Origin: a virus | Lineage: Duplodnaviria > Heunggongvirae > Uroviricota > Caudoviricetes | DNA: 64,000 nucleotides | Virus record (IMG/VR): IMGVR_UViG_3300010213_000001 | Location: 1 to 64,000 of that record | Direction: 5' to 3' (one strand) | In this document: in pieces, positions 27,466-38,699 of the stretch | How the letters are laid out: every line of letters starts with the position of its first letter | How positions within the stretch are numbered: position 1 is the first letter of the stretch | The notes under the pieces: model-generated | What the model was told of the DNA's origin: nothing | The model's input: the letters and a program-made list of their open reading frames with translations, nothing else | Databases searched by the model: none | Program-made: the position numbers and the translations under genes

Positions 27466-29901
27466 ATGATAAGATTAAATAATGTTCCAGATATATCCAC
27501 TTATATATCTGGAAACTACATTACAATAGCTAATGGCAATCCAACTACACTAACATTTAGTGAGACTGATAACTCATGTCCATCAACAGTAACTCCTTCA
27601 ACAGTTTCTATATCTGGTACATTATTAAATCTCACTACACTAAATGTTGGTTCGCTGTTAAATTGTAATCCAGATCCTAATATAACTTATAGTGATACGT
27701 TTTACTATGAAGTAATTAATCCTAAAGTTATATATCAAAGAAATGATAAAAATAGCAATATAACATTTATAGATGTCACTGCTAAACAAACATACAATCA
27801 CTCGCACAATATTCCAGTAAATAACAATACTTGGCTACAAAATCCTAATATTGTAAATAATAATTTAGGTAGGATAATTATAGAAAGATATAATGAAACT
27901 ACATTAGCATGGGATAGTGTGGGAAGTATGCCATTAAATGGAACTTTAACACTCTACAGTAATTTGACTGGCGACCAGCAGCAGAATTGTTTGTTTAGAA
28001 GTAGGTATATTATTAGAGAAAGACAAAACTGTGGTGGTACTAGTCCCATTATATTTGAAGCAGAAGGAGAAGAGTTTGAATTAACTTTGAAGTATTACGA
28101 AGAAGATAATTTATATATAAAACAAGTTCTTATAAACGATACTAGTAAGTTTAATTTATGTGAGCAAGATCCAACAGACTTCTTAACAATAGAAGTTGAT
28201 AATCAATTTGAGGTATTTTATGATAGTTATAATATAGATTATGTTTATCAATATTTAAATAGTAGCTCTTCCTTGGGAAACACCCCACTACTAAATTTAA
28301 GCTATAATGAACCTAACAGAAGTGTAGTAGGATCAATATTAAATATCTCTCCAAGGCAACCAATTACAAATGTTAATGTTGAATTTGTAGGATGTCAAAA
28401 CATATTCTTAGATGGTATTTTAGAAACTAACCCTATTTGTATAGGAGGAGTGCCAGAAGTATCTGGGGATTTTAACTGTAATGATTTCAATGAAGATTTC
28501 TATAGAAATTGCTCTGGTTCTAATGATCCAAGTATAGTTGTTGAGAATAAAGATTTATTGATTGAGGGAGTTAGACCTAATATAGGGAATGTAACTCAAG
28601 AGGATTGTACTTATTGTCTTAATATTGAAGATAATACAATTATAGAAAATCCTTGCTTAAAAGGTAAGGTACTATATCAATATAAAACTAGCTTAAATGG
28701 AGAGTGGTGTGAATTCAATCCTGTAAAAGAGATATATCCATTATCAAACTTTACTCATTGTTTTTGTGATGCTGGCACTATTTATATACGAAATAAATAT
28801 AAGTATTTTGAAGAACATAAATGTGGTTGTGGTCCGTCTCACGATCATCATGAAGACATATTATTTGAAACAGGTTGGTATGAATATACTTTAGATGTTT
28901 TAGAGTTCAAACCTAATATGGAAGCTACTATTATTAATAATGATGGTTGTTGTACAATATTAGAGTATATTAATCAAGAAGACAGATATATTAATATAGT
29001 TCCATCCATACTAGAATTAAATAATTATTTTTGTGAAGTTACAGAAGAAATATCCACAAATCCAAGTATACGATATAATTTAGAGCTGTATAGTCAGAAA
29101 GATAAAATTTGGGAGATTGTAGATCAGTTTGTAGTTGTAGTAAATAGTGATGATTACAATATATCTTCGCCAATAATTACAGACTCTAATATCTTAGAAT
29201 CTTATGGATATTCAATAGATAAAGATACCTTAGAACAAGGAGCATATAGAGTAAGGTATGAGATAATAAATTGCTGTTATACTACAGAGAATGTTATATA
29301 TATCAATATTTGTGATAGTCTAACTATTCATAAAGACTGTGATTTAGATAATGAAGAATATACAGAATGTGATTGTTATAAATATATATTTAACAATTAC
29401 TCTCCTACTTACACATATACTGTAGAAGTGTATGATACACATAATGATGTTGTGGTAGATACATTAATTATATTACCTAATACAGAATTAGAATATAATT
29501 TTCTAGAAGATAGTATCTATACACTAAATATTAGAAATGATAATGGTATATCTACAATAGGTAAATATACTAATCCATACTCTATACCTATATTTGTATT
29601 TTGTGCAATAAATAAATGTTATACAAGCCTATCTATAGATGTTTTATGCTCACATAATGCAGATTGTGATTGTGAAGATGAAGATCTTCTAAAAGATAGA
29701 TTTAGGCTTAATAGAATAATGATGTTGTATCAAAGTTATATGAGGTTAATTGAAAAGGAATATTATTTGACTTCTAGATATAATATTATTGATATTACTA
29801 ATAGAATGAAAACTTTTAAAAGATTAAACAAAATATACGAACAGTTAAAGAATCTTTGTGAGCCATGTAATAATGGAACAAGAAAAAATTGCTGTGGTTA
29901 A
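27466..29901 (+). CDS. Large Cys-rich structural protein
   Basis: 811 aa, beta-rich, many Cys including CGCGPSHDHHED and C-terminal CEPC...NCCG. Confidence 0.7.
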   Translation: MIRLNNVPDISTYISGNYITIANGNPTTLTFSETDNSCPSTVTPSTVSISGTLLNLTTLNVGSLLNCNPDPNITYSDTFYYEVINPKVIYQRNDKNSNITFIDVTAKQTYNHSHNIPVNNNTWLQNPNIVNNNLGRIIIERYNETTLAWDSVGSMPLNGTLTLYSNLTGDQQQNCLFRSRYIIRERQNCGGTSPIIFEAEGEEFELTLKYYEEDNLYIKQVLINDTSKFNLCEQDPTDFLTIEVDNQFEVFYDSYNIDYVYQYLNSSSSLGNTPLLNLSYNEPNRSVVGSILNISPRQPITNVNVEFVGCQNIFLDGILETNPICIGGVPEVSGDFNCNDFNEDFYRNCSGSNDPSIVVENKDLLIEGVRPNIGNVTQEDCTYCLNIEDNTIIENPCLKGKVLYQYKTSLNGEWCEFNPVKEIYPLSNFTHCFCDAGTIYIRNKYKYFEEHKCGCGPSHDHHEDILFETGWYEYTLDVLEFKPNMEATIINNDGCCTILEYINQEDRYINIVPSILELNNYFCEVTEEISTNPSIRYNLELYSQKDKIWEIVDQFVVVVNSDDYNISSPIITDSNILESYGYSIDKDTLEQGAYRVRYEIINCCYTTENVIYINICDSLTIHKDCDLDNEEYTECDCYKYIFNNYSPTYTYTVEVYDTHNDVVVDTLIILPNTELEYNFLEDSIYTLNIRNDNGISTIGKYTNPYSIPIFVFCAINKCYTSLSIDVLCSHNADCDCEDEDLLKDRFRLNRIMMLYQSYMRLIEKEYYLTSRYNIIDITNRMKTFKRLNKIYEQLKNLCEPCNNGTRKNCCG

Positions 29902-29912
29902 ATTATATAATT

Positions 29913-31418
29913 ATGGGATGTAAAACATGTAAACCAATAACAACTATTGTCAATGATATCAATAATACTATATCTAATACAACTACTAGTGTCTATAATA
30001 AAATGGATGATAAAAGTTGTTTTGAGAGCAGATTTTCAAACAAACAAAACTTATATAAGATTAGAAAAGTTAAGATTGGAGCTAGTAAAGATAAGAAAGA
30101 GTGTTGTGAGGAAATAGACTTAAGCTCTATAAATCTTAAAGGAGAGTGGATAGATGGAGAATGTCTAGTGGAAAACAATCTACAGACTGGATATAAAAGA
30201 AGAGATATAATAAAAGTAACTAGTAAAGAGACATCCAATGAGTATACTATACCGTTGGATGCTACTCCTTATCTCATCTCTTCTACAACTAAGCTATCTT
30301 TAAAAGAAAGTATTGAATTACTTAATAATAGAATTATAAAATCTGATGATTGTAGAAACGAATTTTGTAATGATGAATTAACTGTAACATTGACAAGGGA
30401 TTGTCCTCCAGGTTCATCTAGTACAAGTGTTGAATATACAATTCCAGAGTGTACTATCATTAGTAATATAAGTAAAGAACATGCCAATATGTTGGCGCAA
30501 TTACAATTAGCTGCAAACAGTAGAATATATGCAATTTGTAATGCAGAGTGTGTGCCAAATACAAAATATTGTAATGACGAGATAAGTGAAACAAGAATAA
30601 AACAAAATTGTCCTATAGGTAAGGTAGGACTAGAGGTAACATATACTGTTGAAGCTGGTAGATTTTGTTCTTTAATTTCTAAAGATAAGGCAAACGAGCA
30701 AGCACAATATTACTTAGATAGAAATATAGATAGATATATACTAACATCTGATCCTTGTTTATATTGTGCTGACCCTACTGTAGTTTGTAATGATGAGTAT
30801 TCTGAAGTATTAAATAAAGATTGCTCAGGCAGTATCGTAAGTACAACATACAATGTTGCTGCTGGAAAGTACTGTTTAACAGCTAATGAGAATAGAACTG
30901 AAGCACAAGCTAAGACTCAAGCAAATCAACAAGCAATAGACGAGGTTAATAGAAATAGAGCTGCTATCATTGCATCTCTACAATGTCCTACTCAATGTAA
31001 CACACAAGTACTAGTAGGTAATATAAGAAATACAAAGACAAGTTCAGTATCTAATACATATAATAATCCTTTAGATTATACAGTAACTTGGACACAAACT
31101 TATATAGACTTGTTTGAATCACAACCAGCTGTACAAGTCTTAAAAGGAGGATTTAATGTTCTACCTGCACTTAGCAATAGATATAGATTAGAGTTATACA
31201 GAAATAACACAAAGATTATAGACTCTGGAACATTTATAGATGATCAATATTTCCAACTAGTTTATAATGTAGAACTTGGAGATGAGATAAGATATGTACT
31301 TACTTTTGAAAAGATGTTTGGACTAGACGTAGTTCAGGAAGCTACTCAAAGGATTGGGTGTCCTCCTGCTATAGAAAATCTAATTACTAGAGTATTTAAT
31401 GAAGGAGATGGAATATAA
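29913..31418 (+). CDS. Structural protein with three DUF5977-like repeats
   Basis: Three (F/Y/V)CNDE...C......(V/T).Y.V.AG..C...S...AN..A units; ATG 29913. Confidence 0.75.
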   Translation: MGCKTCKPITTIVNDINNTISNTTTSVYNKMDDKSCFESRFSNKQNLYKIRKVKIGASKDKKECCEEIDLSSINLKGEWIDGECLVENNLQTGYKRRDIIKVTSKETSNEYTIPLDATPYLISSTTKLSLKESIELLNNRIIKSDDCRNEFCNDELTVTLTRDCPPGSSSTSVEYTIPECTIISNISKEHANMLAQLQLAANSRIYAICNAECVPNTKYCNDEISETRIKQNCPIGKVGLEVTYTVEAGRFCSLISKDKANEQAQYYLDRNIDRYILTSDPCLYCADPTVVCNDEYSEVLNKDCSGSIVSTTYNVAAGKYCLTANENRTEAQAKTQANQQAIDEVNRNRAAIIASLQCPTQCNTQVLVGNIRNTKTSSVSNTYNNPLDYTVTWTQTYIDLFESQPAVQVLKGGFNVLPALSNRYRLELYRNNTKIIDSGTFIDDQYFQLVYNVELGDEIRYVLTFEKMFGLDVVQEATQRIGCPPAIENLITRVFNEGDGI

Positions 31419-31428
31419 TTAATTAATT

Positions 31429-33840
31429 ATGAAAAATACAATAGACAAGGAGAGAATTAATAATATACTATCTCCATATAATAATCATAATATAATACCA
31501 ACTAGACGAAATAAAAGAGATTTAATACAATCATATTATTCATCAATTAAATTAGATTGTGAAGGAGATATAGCTTGTAATACTCGACCTTTGTCTATTT
31601 TGGAGGAGATAAACAATAAAGTATTTTACTTATCAGAACTATACTTAACTGATCAAATAGATCAAATTGCTGTAAAATCTAAGTTTGGTAAGACAAAACT
31701 GTGTGACTTTGATAATATTAGTGACCTACATTATTGGATTAATCTACTTGGACTATTCTACATGGATATTATAGAATACTCTAATACCTGTAAATGTGTA
31801 GGTGACGATATCCTAAAGAAATTTGAAGACAGGTATAAGATAGATTGCATTCTAGAGAATATAACATGTAGAAAGGATCAATTAGGTTTATTATTCAATA
31901 AAATATATAAGGTGTTCTTATCTAATATACCAAGATGTGATAGTGTTGTTAGTATAGATTGGACAGATGAGTATTATTGTATATGTGATGCTCCTGTATT
32001 ACCACCAATTACTATTACTTCAATAGTTCCAACATACAGAACATTAGATATTTACTGGGAGCACAATGCAACTGGTATATTATATTTAATAGAGGTTCTA
32101 AATTATAATACTCAAGAGACTATTACATCTACAATTACGTCTGATAAGAATATAACAATTGAAGGATTAAGCCCAGATACAGAATATACAATAGTAATAA
32201 CAGCAAGTAATTGTAACTCTAGAGTTACAGTATCTCAAAATCAAGAAACACTTCCTGTATTTATAACTGTTAATTTAATAGATAATAGACAACTTACAAC
32301 ATCTGTAATTTATAATTTATCCTTTATTGGTACAAGACAACTTGATGAAAATGAAATATTTTCTCTAGACTTCATATTATCAAATATAGATCAGCAGCCT
32401 TTAGATGTATTCATACCTAATTCATATAGCTACTTCTCTAAATTAATCATTAGTGATATTAATGGATCAACTGCATTATATGTTAATAATCAAACTGATT
32501 CTAACTTAACTAAATTAGATAATTATCTAGGGTTATTATCTCAAGGTAGATATAGAACTCAACCATTAATTAATACTACTATAGATGTATATATTGATGA
32601 AATATCCTATCTTTTAGATAATCCGACTTGTGATTCAAACAGTACACTTACTTATAATACTTTAGAAATTTCTAACAGTGGCATTGATATTACAATACCA
32701 TTGCCGAGCACATTAACTTCCATACAGAATCAAGTCAATACAATGAGTAGTGAGTTATTTATCTCTGGTAATGTAGCACAAACAGTATTAGATTCATATC
32801 AAGAATTAAATTCCTCCGTCTGTTGTAAGGATCCAGCATTAGTTCCAAGTAACATTAGTATTTCTAATATTACTGATAGTGCGTTTACTATTAATCTAAC
32901 GTCAAATCCTGTAGCTACTACAACAATATTGATAGAAGATGCTGGAGGCACTGTATTTGAAGGACCTATAGGCTCTGGAACTACAAGCTATACAGTCAAT
33001 CATCAAGTAGGAATCTCCTACTCTACAGAATATACCGTAACAGTAACAGTTACCAATTGTACTGGAACACTTAGTGAGAGTACTAACGTAACCACTAACA
33101 GTGTAATTAATACAGCTCAATTGTTTGTTAGAGGAGGTTCTGGAGCCGTCTACAACACAAGAACAAGTAGTTTAGATACTTCATACTTATCAACATTGCC
33201 GACTATAGATAGCTGGACATCTAGTGTAAATGTATCATGTTTGGAGAACTATCCTCCTTATACAGCAATAGATAAGATATATAATGCTGATAAACTTAAC
33301 ACTAATGGATTTGCTTTAGAAGCACCTAACACTGGTATTGGATATAATAATCTAACTACTCCATTCCAGGCTAATATTGGTACTGGTACCTTTGCTTGTT
33401 GTACACCAAACCTTACACCATGGAGTATAAGCAATACTCCTACTGAAATATCAGCTACGTTAGATAATAGTTCTACTGTTAGCCAGTATATCTACAGTGG
33501 TAAGTTCTTAGGTATAAGACCTATACCACAACCTAATTTATTGAGATTAGAAGTTATAATCTCGACTAATAATAGTGGTGGACATACTATAGCAAGTGAT
33601 ATGGAATTGTATTTGCTTATTGATGGTAATCCAGTTATAAATGGAGTACAGTTTAACTTAGCTCCAGGATACTATGTCTCTGGTCCGTTCCACACTGTAC
33701 CGTATGACTACTCTCCAGCTACTTTAGTTAGTGAAGGGGAGATTGAAGCGTATGTATTAATAAGAAGTAATGCTTTACAACCATTTAATCCAGCTAATAA
33801 GTCAGGAATTAAGATTTGGTATCAAATAATAAAGAACTAA
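31429..33840 (+). CDS. Fibronectin type III domain structural protein
   Basis: ITIEGLSPDTEYTIVITASNC and ISYSTEYTVTVTVTNC FN3 signatures. Confidence 0.75.
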   Translation: MKNTIDKERINNILSPYNNHNIIPTRRNKRDLIQSYYSSIKLDCEGDIACNTRPLSILEEINNKVFYLSELYLTDQIDQIAVKSKFGKTKLCDFDNISDLHYWINLLGLFYMDIIEYSNTCKCVGDDILKKFEDRYKIDCILENITCRKDQLGLLFNKIYKVFLSNIPRCDSVVSIDWTDEYYCICDAPVLPPITITSIVPTYRTLDIYWEHNATGILYLIEVLNYNTQETITSTITSDKNITIEGLSPDTEYTIVITASNCNSRVTVSQNQETLPVFITVNLIDNRQLTTSVIYNLSFIGTRQLDENEIFSLDFILSNIDQQPLDVFIPNSYSYFSKLIISDINGSTALYVNNQTDSNLTKLDNYLGLLSQGRYRTQPLINTTIDVYIDEISYLLDNPTCDSNSTLTYNTLEISNSGIDITIPLPSTLTSIQNQVNTMSSELFISGNVAQTVLDSYQELNSSVCCKDPALVPSNISISNITDSAFTINLTSNPVATTTILIEDAGGTVFEGPIGSGTTSYTVNHQVGISYSTEYTVTVTVTNCTGTLSESTNVTTNSVINTAQLFVRGGSGAVYNTRTSSLDTSYLSTLPTIDSWTSSVNVSCLENYPPYTAIDKIYNADKLNTNGFALEAPNTGIGYNNLTTPFQANIGTGTFACCTPNLTPWSISNTPTEISATLDNSSTVSQYIYSGKFLGIRPIPQPNLLRLEVIISTNNSGGHTIASDMELYLLIDGNPVINGVQFNLAPGYYVSGPFHTVPYDYSPATLVSEGEIEAYVLIRSNALQPFNPANKSGIKIWYQIIKN

Positions 33841-33841
33841 T

Positions 33842-34960
33842 ATGATACAATATAAGAAGTTAATCATAAAGAGAGATAACCAGATTATTGGTTATCTCTA
33901 CTTTCAACAAGGCGCGACGCCAACTATACAAGATATAAGAACATATCTACATAATTATAACCTATCTAGCTATTTCTCAGATCAACAGCTTCAAGATATT
34001 ATAGATTCTCAGTATATAGATATTGATGGAGATCTATGTTGTACTGATCTGCCTCCTTTGGCTCCAGTCATAGAATATACTGTAGAAGATAACAATACTA
34101 TATACTTCAGTATTAATAATTATATAATTAGTCAAGACTATATTATAAATATTTATAATATGGAAGCTCCTAATGTGTTATTAGATTCAATAGAGTATAC
34201 AGAACCAATAGGTATAGATCTAGATGCAGGAATGTATAAGTTTGTTATAATTACAAGTACATGTGCTGGAACAGTTACTAGAGAATTTAACATAGAATTT
34301 GGTAATATTAGTATAGTTATAAATATTTTTGGGAACTTACAATCATCAAACATACAAAGTCCAGACACAACTATAACTATTCCGACTTTTGTTGGGGATA
34401 GTGTTGATATTAATGCTAATGTAATTGATCAGATAAATAACTTATGGAGAATTAACTCTATTACAGCCAATGGAATGGAAACAATTAATAATGAAGTGTT
34501 TGATATTGCCAAAGTTTTTACAAATGGAGTTATTACTGAAGTAAATTTTACAGCAAGCAATATACAGCAAAGTTTGACAATAAATATATTAAGTACATAT
34601 AATACTGTTGAATGGTGTGATCAAGAAGAGTGCTTTGAGTGTGTCTTTGATCAGTTTCCTTGTGTACCTGTAACTAATGCTTGGACTGATGAACCTAACC
34701 CAACTGGAATTGTTAGAAATAGTGGAAACTTGGATGCTATATTTCCAGCAAATACATATACTATAGTATGGCAAACTCCAGTGGCAGCTACAATATTAAT
34801 CGTCGACAATATAAGTGGTTTTGTATACAATACTACTAATGTAAATCCTGGAAGTGGATCTTATACTGTAGTTAAGCCCAATGGTGCTGCAGGTGTAAGA
34901 TACATACCTGTTAGTAGTAGCGTTACGGGATTTGATTTAAGAATTGAAACTACTTGCTAA
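33842..34960 (+). CDS. Ig/FN3-like structural protein
   Basis: CCTDLPPLAP...LDAGMYKFVIITSTCAGT module. Confidence 0.65.
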   Translation: MIQYKKLIIKRDNQIIGYLYFQQGATPTIQDIRTYLHNYNLSSYFSDQQLQDIIDSQYIDIDGDLCCTDLPPLAPVIEYTVEDNNTIYFSINNYIISQDYIINIYNMEAPNVLLDSIEYTEPIGIDLDAGMYKFVIITSTCAGTVTREFNIEFGNISIVINIFGNLQSSNIQSPDTTITIPTFVGDSVDINANVIDQINNLWRINSITANGMETINNEVFDIAKVFTNGVITEVNFTASNIQQSLTINILSTYNTVEWCDQEECFECVFDQFPCVPVTNAWTDEPNPTGIVRNSGNLDAIFPANTYTIVWQTPVAATILIVDNISGFVYNTTNVNPGSGSYTVVKPNGAAGVRYIPVSSSVTGFDLRIETTC

Positions 34961-34971
34961 AATAAATAACT

Positions 34972-35757
34972 ATGACACAAATAAAAAGAAACATATTAAA
35001 TATTATTAATAATGGATCAGTTGTTCAAAGCATATCTATAACAGACTCAACTACAGCACAGGAAATTGCTACTGCTGCACTAATAACTATAACGGAGGCA
35101 CAGAATATACTTAATAGTAGAATTATTGATGATTTAAATAATTATTGTTGTGATGGAATATTGCCAACAATAATGCAACCTCAATACGCGTTTAATACAG
35201 ACACTCATATACTATCAATAACTCCAGTTGTTAATAACTCAGATGGCAACAATAGTATTACTATCTATAATGAAAATTCAACATTAATTGATACTTTCTC
35301 TGGATTAGGTCCATTTGATCTAACAGACCCTATTCAATTTAATACAAACTTCCCACATACTAGAGTTATAGATATTAATATTGCTGCAACAAATTGTGCT
35401 GGTACAATAGACAATGATTATAGTTTATCTATATTACCTGATTTTGTATTTGGTAATGCGGGAAATCCCACAAGGGGAGGATTAAATAAATTTAGTAATC
35501 TAGTACCAGACTCTAATTTTTCTACTAACTTCCCCGCTGGAGATACTGTAGAGCTTAGATATTTTATAAATAATATAGAAGTTTTAGATACTAGAACAGT
35601 ATTCCAATCTATAAATAATATTATTAATTTTACACAACCAATAAGTTATACTAATAGCGTAGTCTCTTTATACCCAACTAAATTACAGCTAAAAAACCTA
35701 GCAAATAACTTTATATTTGAGTTTGGTAATGATTTATCTTATATATTCACTATATAA
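34972..35757 (+). CDS. Ig/FN3-like structural protein, paralogous to the preceding gene
   Basis: Similar N-terminus (T.Q(D/E)I...Q.I..S..ID) and a YCCDGILP...AATNCAGT module. Confidence 0.65.
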   Translation: MTQIKRNILNIINNGSVVQSISITDSTTAQEIATAALITITEAQNILNSRIIDDLNNYCCDGILPTIMQPQYAFNTDTHILSITPVVNNSDGNNSITIYNENSTLIDTFSGLGPFDLTDPIQFNTNFPHTRVIDINIAATNCAGTIDNDYSLSILPDFVFGNAGNPTRGGLNKFSNLVPDSNFSTNFPAGDTVELRYFINNIEVLDTRTVFQSINNIINFTQPISYTNSVVSLYPTKLQLKNLANNFIFEFGNDLSYIFTI

Positions 35758-35763
35758 TAGCAT

Positions 35764-35787
35764 TTTATAATGTAATTACATTATAAA
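35764..35787. promoter_or_regulatory. Perfect 24-bp palindrome upstream of the capsid operon
   Basis: TTTATAATGTAATTACATTATAAA is its own reverse complement. Confidence 0.5.
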
Positions 35788-35868
35788 GCATATAATATCA
35801 AAATACAATGTTTTATTACATTAATAATCAAAATTAATGAAAATACAAATTAATATATAAATTAATAT

Positions 35869-37050
35869 ATGGGTACAAATGATAATGGTTTCGTTGATAT
35901 CAACGATTTAGGACTTGGAGACTTTGATGAGATATTAGCTATTTCTCAAGGAGCAGAACCAGAGCCCACCAAACCAGGTAAACAAACCTCACAAAAATCT
36001 ACTCAGAAAGATACAAGTAACACTGAGTTAAACCTAGAAGATTATTTTAAGTCAGATTCAGAATGGGCAGAAGAGCTAGGTAAAGTAGAAGAGGCTTCTA
36101 CAAAAGAAGATGACTTTGAAGATCTATTTAATTTTGTTGAAGATACTGATACTGAATCAGATGATACAGATTTAGATAATGAACTGGAACCTATTAAAGA
36201 TGATAAAGAAAGTGACAAGACAGAAAAGATTGTAGAATTAAATCTAGATGAAAAAGTAGTTAAAGAATTGTCTGATCCTGAGTCTATTTTATCTAAAGTT
36301 GTAAATAAACTTAAAGAAACTGATTATGTTGGTCTAACTGATTTCTTAATAAAAGAAGGATATGTTAGAGCAGAGATCGAGGGAACAGATTTTGTTTCTT
36401 CTGTAGATTATTTTACAGATGATCAGTTGCTAAATCACGATATCAGAAATAGATGTACAGGTTGCAGTGAAGAGCATATTAATGATATGTATTTAAAGAT
36501 CCGCCAATCTCAAGCATCAGATGCTTACATTAAAGATTTAAGAAAGTCATATGTTAATATGGATAAACTTAAATATCAGCAAGAACAGAAACTGCAAAAT
36601 GAAGAGAGAATAAAAGCTATAGAAAAAGAAAATAACGAAGCGATAAGCAAAGTTAAAGCTTTAAATGCTATTGGGGACTTTGTAAATAAAGAAGATATTG
36701 TTAATAAATTTATTCCATTCTTAAAAAAAGATGATACTGGAACATCAAAGTTTATTCAGGAGATATCTTCAGATCCAGTAAAGCAATATAAAGCTATGGT
36801 ATATCTTCAATTAGAAGATAAAATGAGAGATCATTATAAACAAGAATTAGAAAGATCTTTCAAATTAGGAGTAGAAAGTGTTATTGGATCTGGTAAGAAA
36901 GTAGAGAATAAAGTTACTAGCTCTCCTAAAACATCAAAGAAGAGATCTGTATCAGAACCTAAGTTAGCTGGAGATACTATTGATTTTGATAGTATTACAG
37001 AAGACGAATTGATGGATATCAGTGAACTAACAAAAATTAACGGATTATAA
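35869..37050 (+). CDS. Acidic scaffold-like protein upstream of the major capsid gene
   Basis: Very D/E-rich N-terminal half, coiled-coil C-terminal half; usual position before the MCP in crAss-like phages. Confidence 0.7.
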   Translation: MGTNDNGFVDINDLGLGDFDEILAISQGAEPEPTKPGKQTSQKSTQKDTSNTELNLEDYFKSDSEWAEELGKVEEASTKEDDFEDLFNFVEDTDTESDDTDLDNELEPIKDDKESDKTEKIVELNLDEKVVKELSDPESILSKVVNKLKETDYVGLTDFLIKEGYVRAEIEGTDFVSSVDYFTDDQLLNHDIRNRCTGCSEEHINDMYLKIRQSQASDAYIKDLRKSYVNMDKLKYQQEQKLQNEERIKAIEKENNEAISKVKALNAIGDFVNKEDIVNKFIPFLKKDDTGTSKFIQEISSDPVKQYKAMVYLQLEDKMRDHYKQELERSFKLGVESVIGSGKKVENKVTSSPKTSKKRSVSEPKLAGDTIDFDSITEDELMDISELTKINGL

Positions 37051-37160
37051 AATATATGATATAATATGCATTAAATATTAAATTATTTCTTGCATATTAT
37101 ATTTTTTTATATTTTTATAAATAAAACAAACTTTAAAAGAATTTAATTTATTAACAATAT

Positions 37161-38549
37161 ATGAGAGTTGTTCAATTATCATCCTTTCCAGAAGCAATGA
37201 ATCAAGGTACCCACACGTTGGAACACTTTGAAACTCTTATTGGTAGAGGTGTAAATGTTATGCCAGACGTAGTTCAATTACGTCCAGACTATTCAATGAA
37301 TTATCTTACTGATGGTATCGGTAGAACATTCATGGAAGGTCAAAAAAGTAAAAGTGAGAAATCTCAGTATATGATTGTTGAGTGGACACTTAACCAAAAA
37401 AATATACCTAAAGTAAAAATTGTAGCTGACTGCACAGAAACTGGAGTTGGTAAAACACCTGTAGCTATTGATGTTGATCGTCCTTACTACTTCCAAGGTG
37501 ATACATTCGTTCTAGAAAACCAACAACAATTGCGTGTAACTCTACCAGTTCAGAAGATTTCTGCTAATAGATGGAGATATATATGTACTCTAGAAGGTAA
37601 TGACTTAAGTAGAGGTATCAATACAAGATTCACCACTGCAGGTAAAATTACCATGTACCGTACTAACTATCATGGTGAGCTTTCTAAGCATGGAGCATTC
37701 AAGAAGATGAATACGACTGAAGTTCACAGAGCTTATCTTTCTAGACAACGTCAATCTCTTCAAGTTTCAGGAGACTTTGCTTCAATGCTAGCAGTTCTTA
37801 AGAGAGGTAACAAGTCAGCATACTTCAAAATTGGTGAACCAACTAGAGATCTTATGGAGTTGTTGATGCACTCTAGAAACAACTCAATGTTGTTTGGAGA
37901 ATCTAACCACGATGAGCATGGAAGATGTTTGAACATCAATGAAGATGGAATGGCTGAACCATCAGGAGATGGACTTCTTAAACAAATTGAAAGATACTGT
38001 GATAAGCTTAATTATGCAGTTCTTGATACATCATTATTTGATGAAGCTATAGAAAGTGTTATCTTAAAGACAGGTAAGCCTAGAGGAAATCAGATCACTG
38101 TTCTAGGTAACAGAAAAGGTCTAAAAGATGTTCACGCTGCTTTAGAGAGAGCTCTATTACAAAAATCTCCTCTTGGAGCTTGGTATTACCACCTAAATGG
38201 TAGTGATAAAGTTAAAGTTGGTAAAGAGTATGATATGTATCAGTATCAAGGTAATACTATTACATTTGTAGAAGATCACAACTTGAGTGAGAGTATCTAT
38301 AACAGAGGATATCTAATCTTTGTTGATACATCAATCAATGGTGACAAGCCTAACGTAGTTAACTATACATTAGAAGGAAGAAATCTTATCCAAGGTAAGC
38401 TTTTAGGTATGGGTGGACTAGATGGTAGAACTTCTGGTAATATTGCTACTGCTTTAGATGGAACTGAAATCCACCTAATGAGTTACTCAGGTCTAGCTGT
38501 ATTAAATCCATACGCTGGATTTATCATGCAAGAAAACTTATACGAATAA
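37161..38549 (+). CDS. Major capsid protein (crAss-like, HK97 fold)
   Basis: 462 aa; YFQGDTFVLEN, YRTNYHGELS..G, RQRQSLQVSGD, RNNSMLFG, SGDGLLKQI; followed by a strong terminator. Confidence 0.92.
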   Translation: MRVVQLSSFPEAMNQGTHTLEHFETLIGRGVNVMPDVVQLRPDYSMNYLTDGIGRTFMEGQKSKSEKSQYMIVEWTLNQKNIPKVKIVADCTETGVGKTPVAIDVDRPYYFQGDTFVLENQQQLRVTLPVQKISANRWRYICTLEGNDLSRGINTRFTTAGKITMYRTNYHGELSKHGAFKKMNTTEVHRAYLSRQRQSLQVSGDFASMLAVLKRGNKSAYFKIGEPTRDLMELLMHSRNNSMLFGESNHDEHGRCLNINEDGMAEPSGDGLLKQIERYCDKLNYAVLDTSLFDEAIESVILKTGKPRGNQITVLGNRKGLKDVHAALERALLQKSPLGAWYYHLNGSDKVKVGKEYDMYQYQGNTITFVEDHNLSESIYNRGYLIFVDTSINGDKPNVVNYTLEGRNLIQGKLLGMGGLDGRTSGNIATALDGTEIHLMSYSGLAVLNPYAGFIMQENLYE

Positions 38550-38578
38550 GAAGTATAGTATTTTCGTTAATTAAGATT

Positions 38579-38607
38579 TAAGACCTAGAAATAGGTCTTA
38601 TTTTTTT
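38579..38607 (+). terminator. Rho-independent terminator after the MCP
   Basis: TAAGACCTA-GAAA-TAGGTCTTA followed by T7. Confidence 0.85.
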
Positions 38608-38699
38608 GAAAATATTTTAATTAAAATATTTTTTTATAAGTATTTTTTTATTTACTTTAATTACATTAATGAAAATAACTAAGAAATAACAAAATAAAT

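Noticed and set aside
12685-35757. Diversity-generating retroelement or invertible fibre cassette
   Set aside because: No reverse transcriptase, invertase or adenine-variable template/variable repeat pair was seen in the window.
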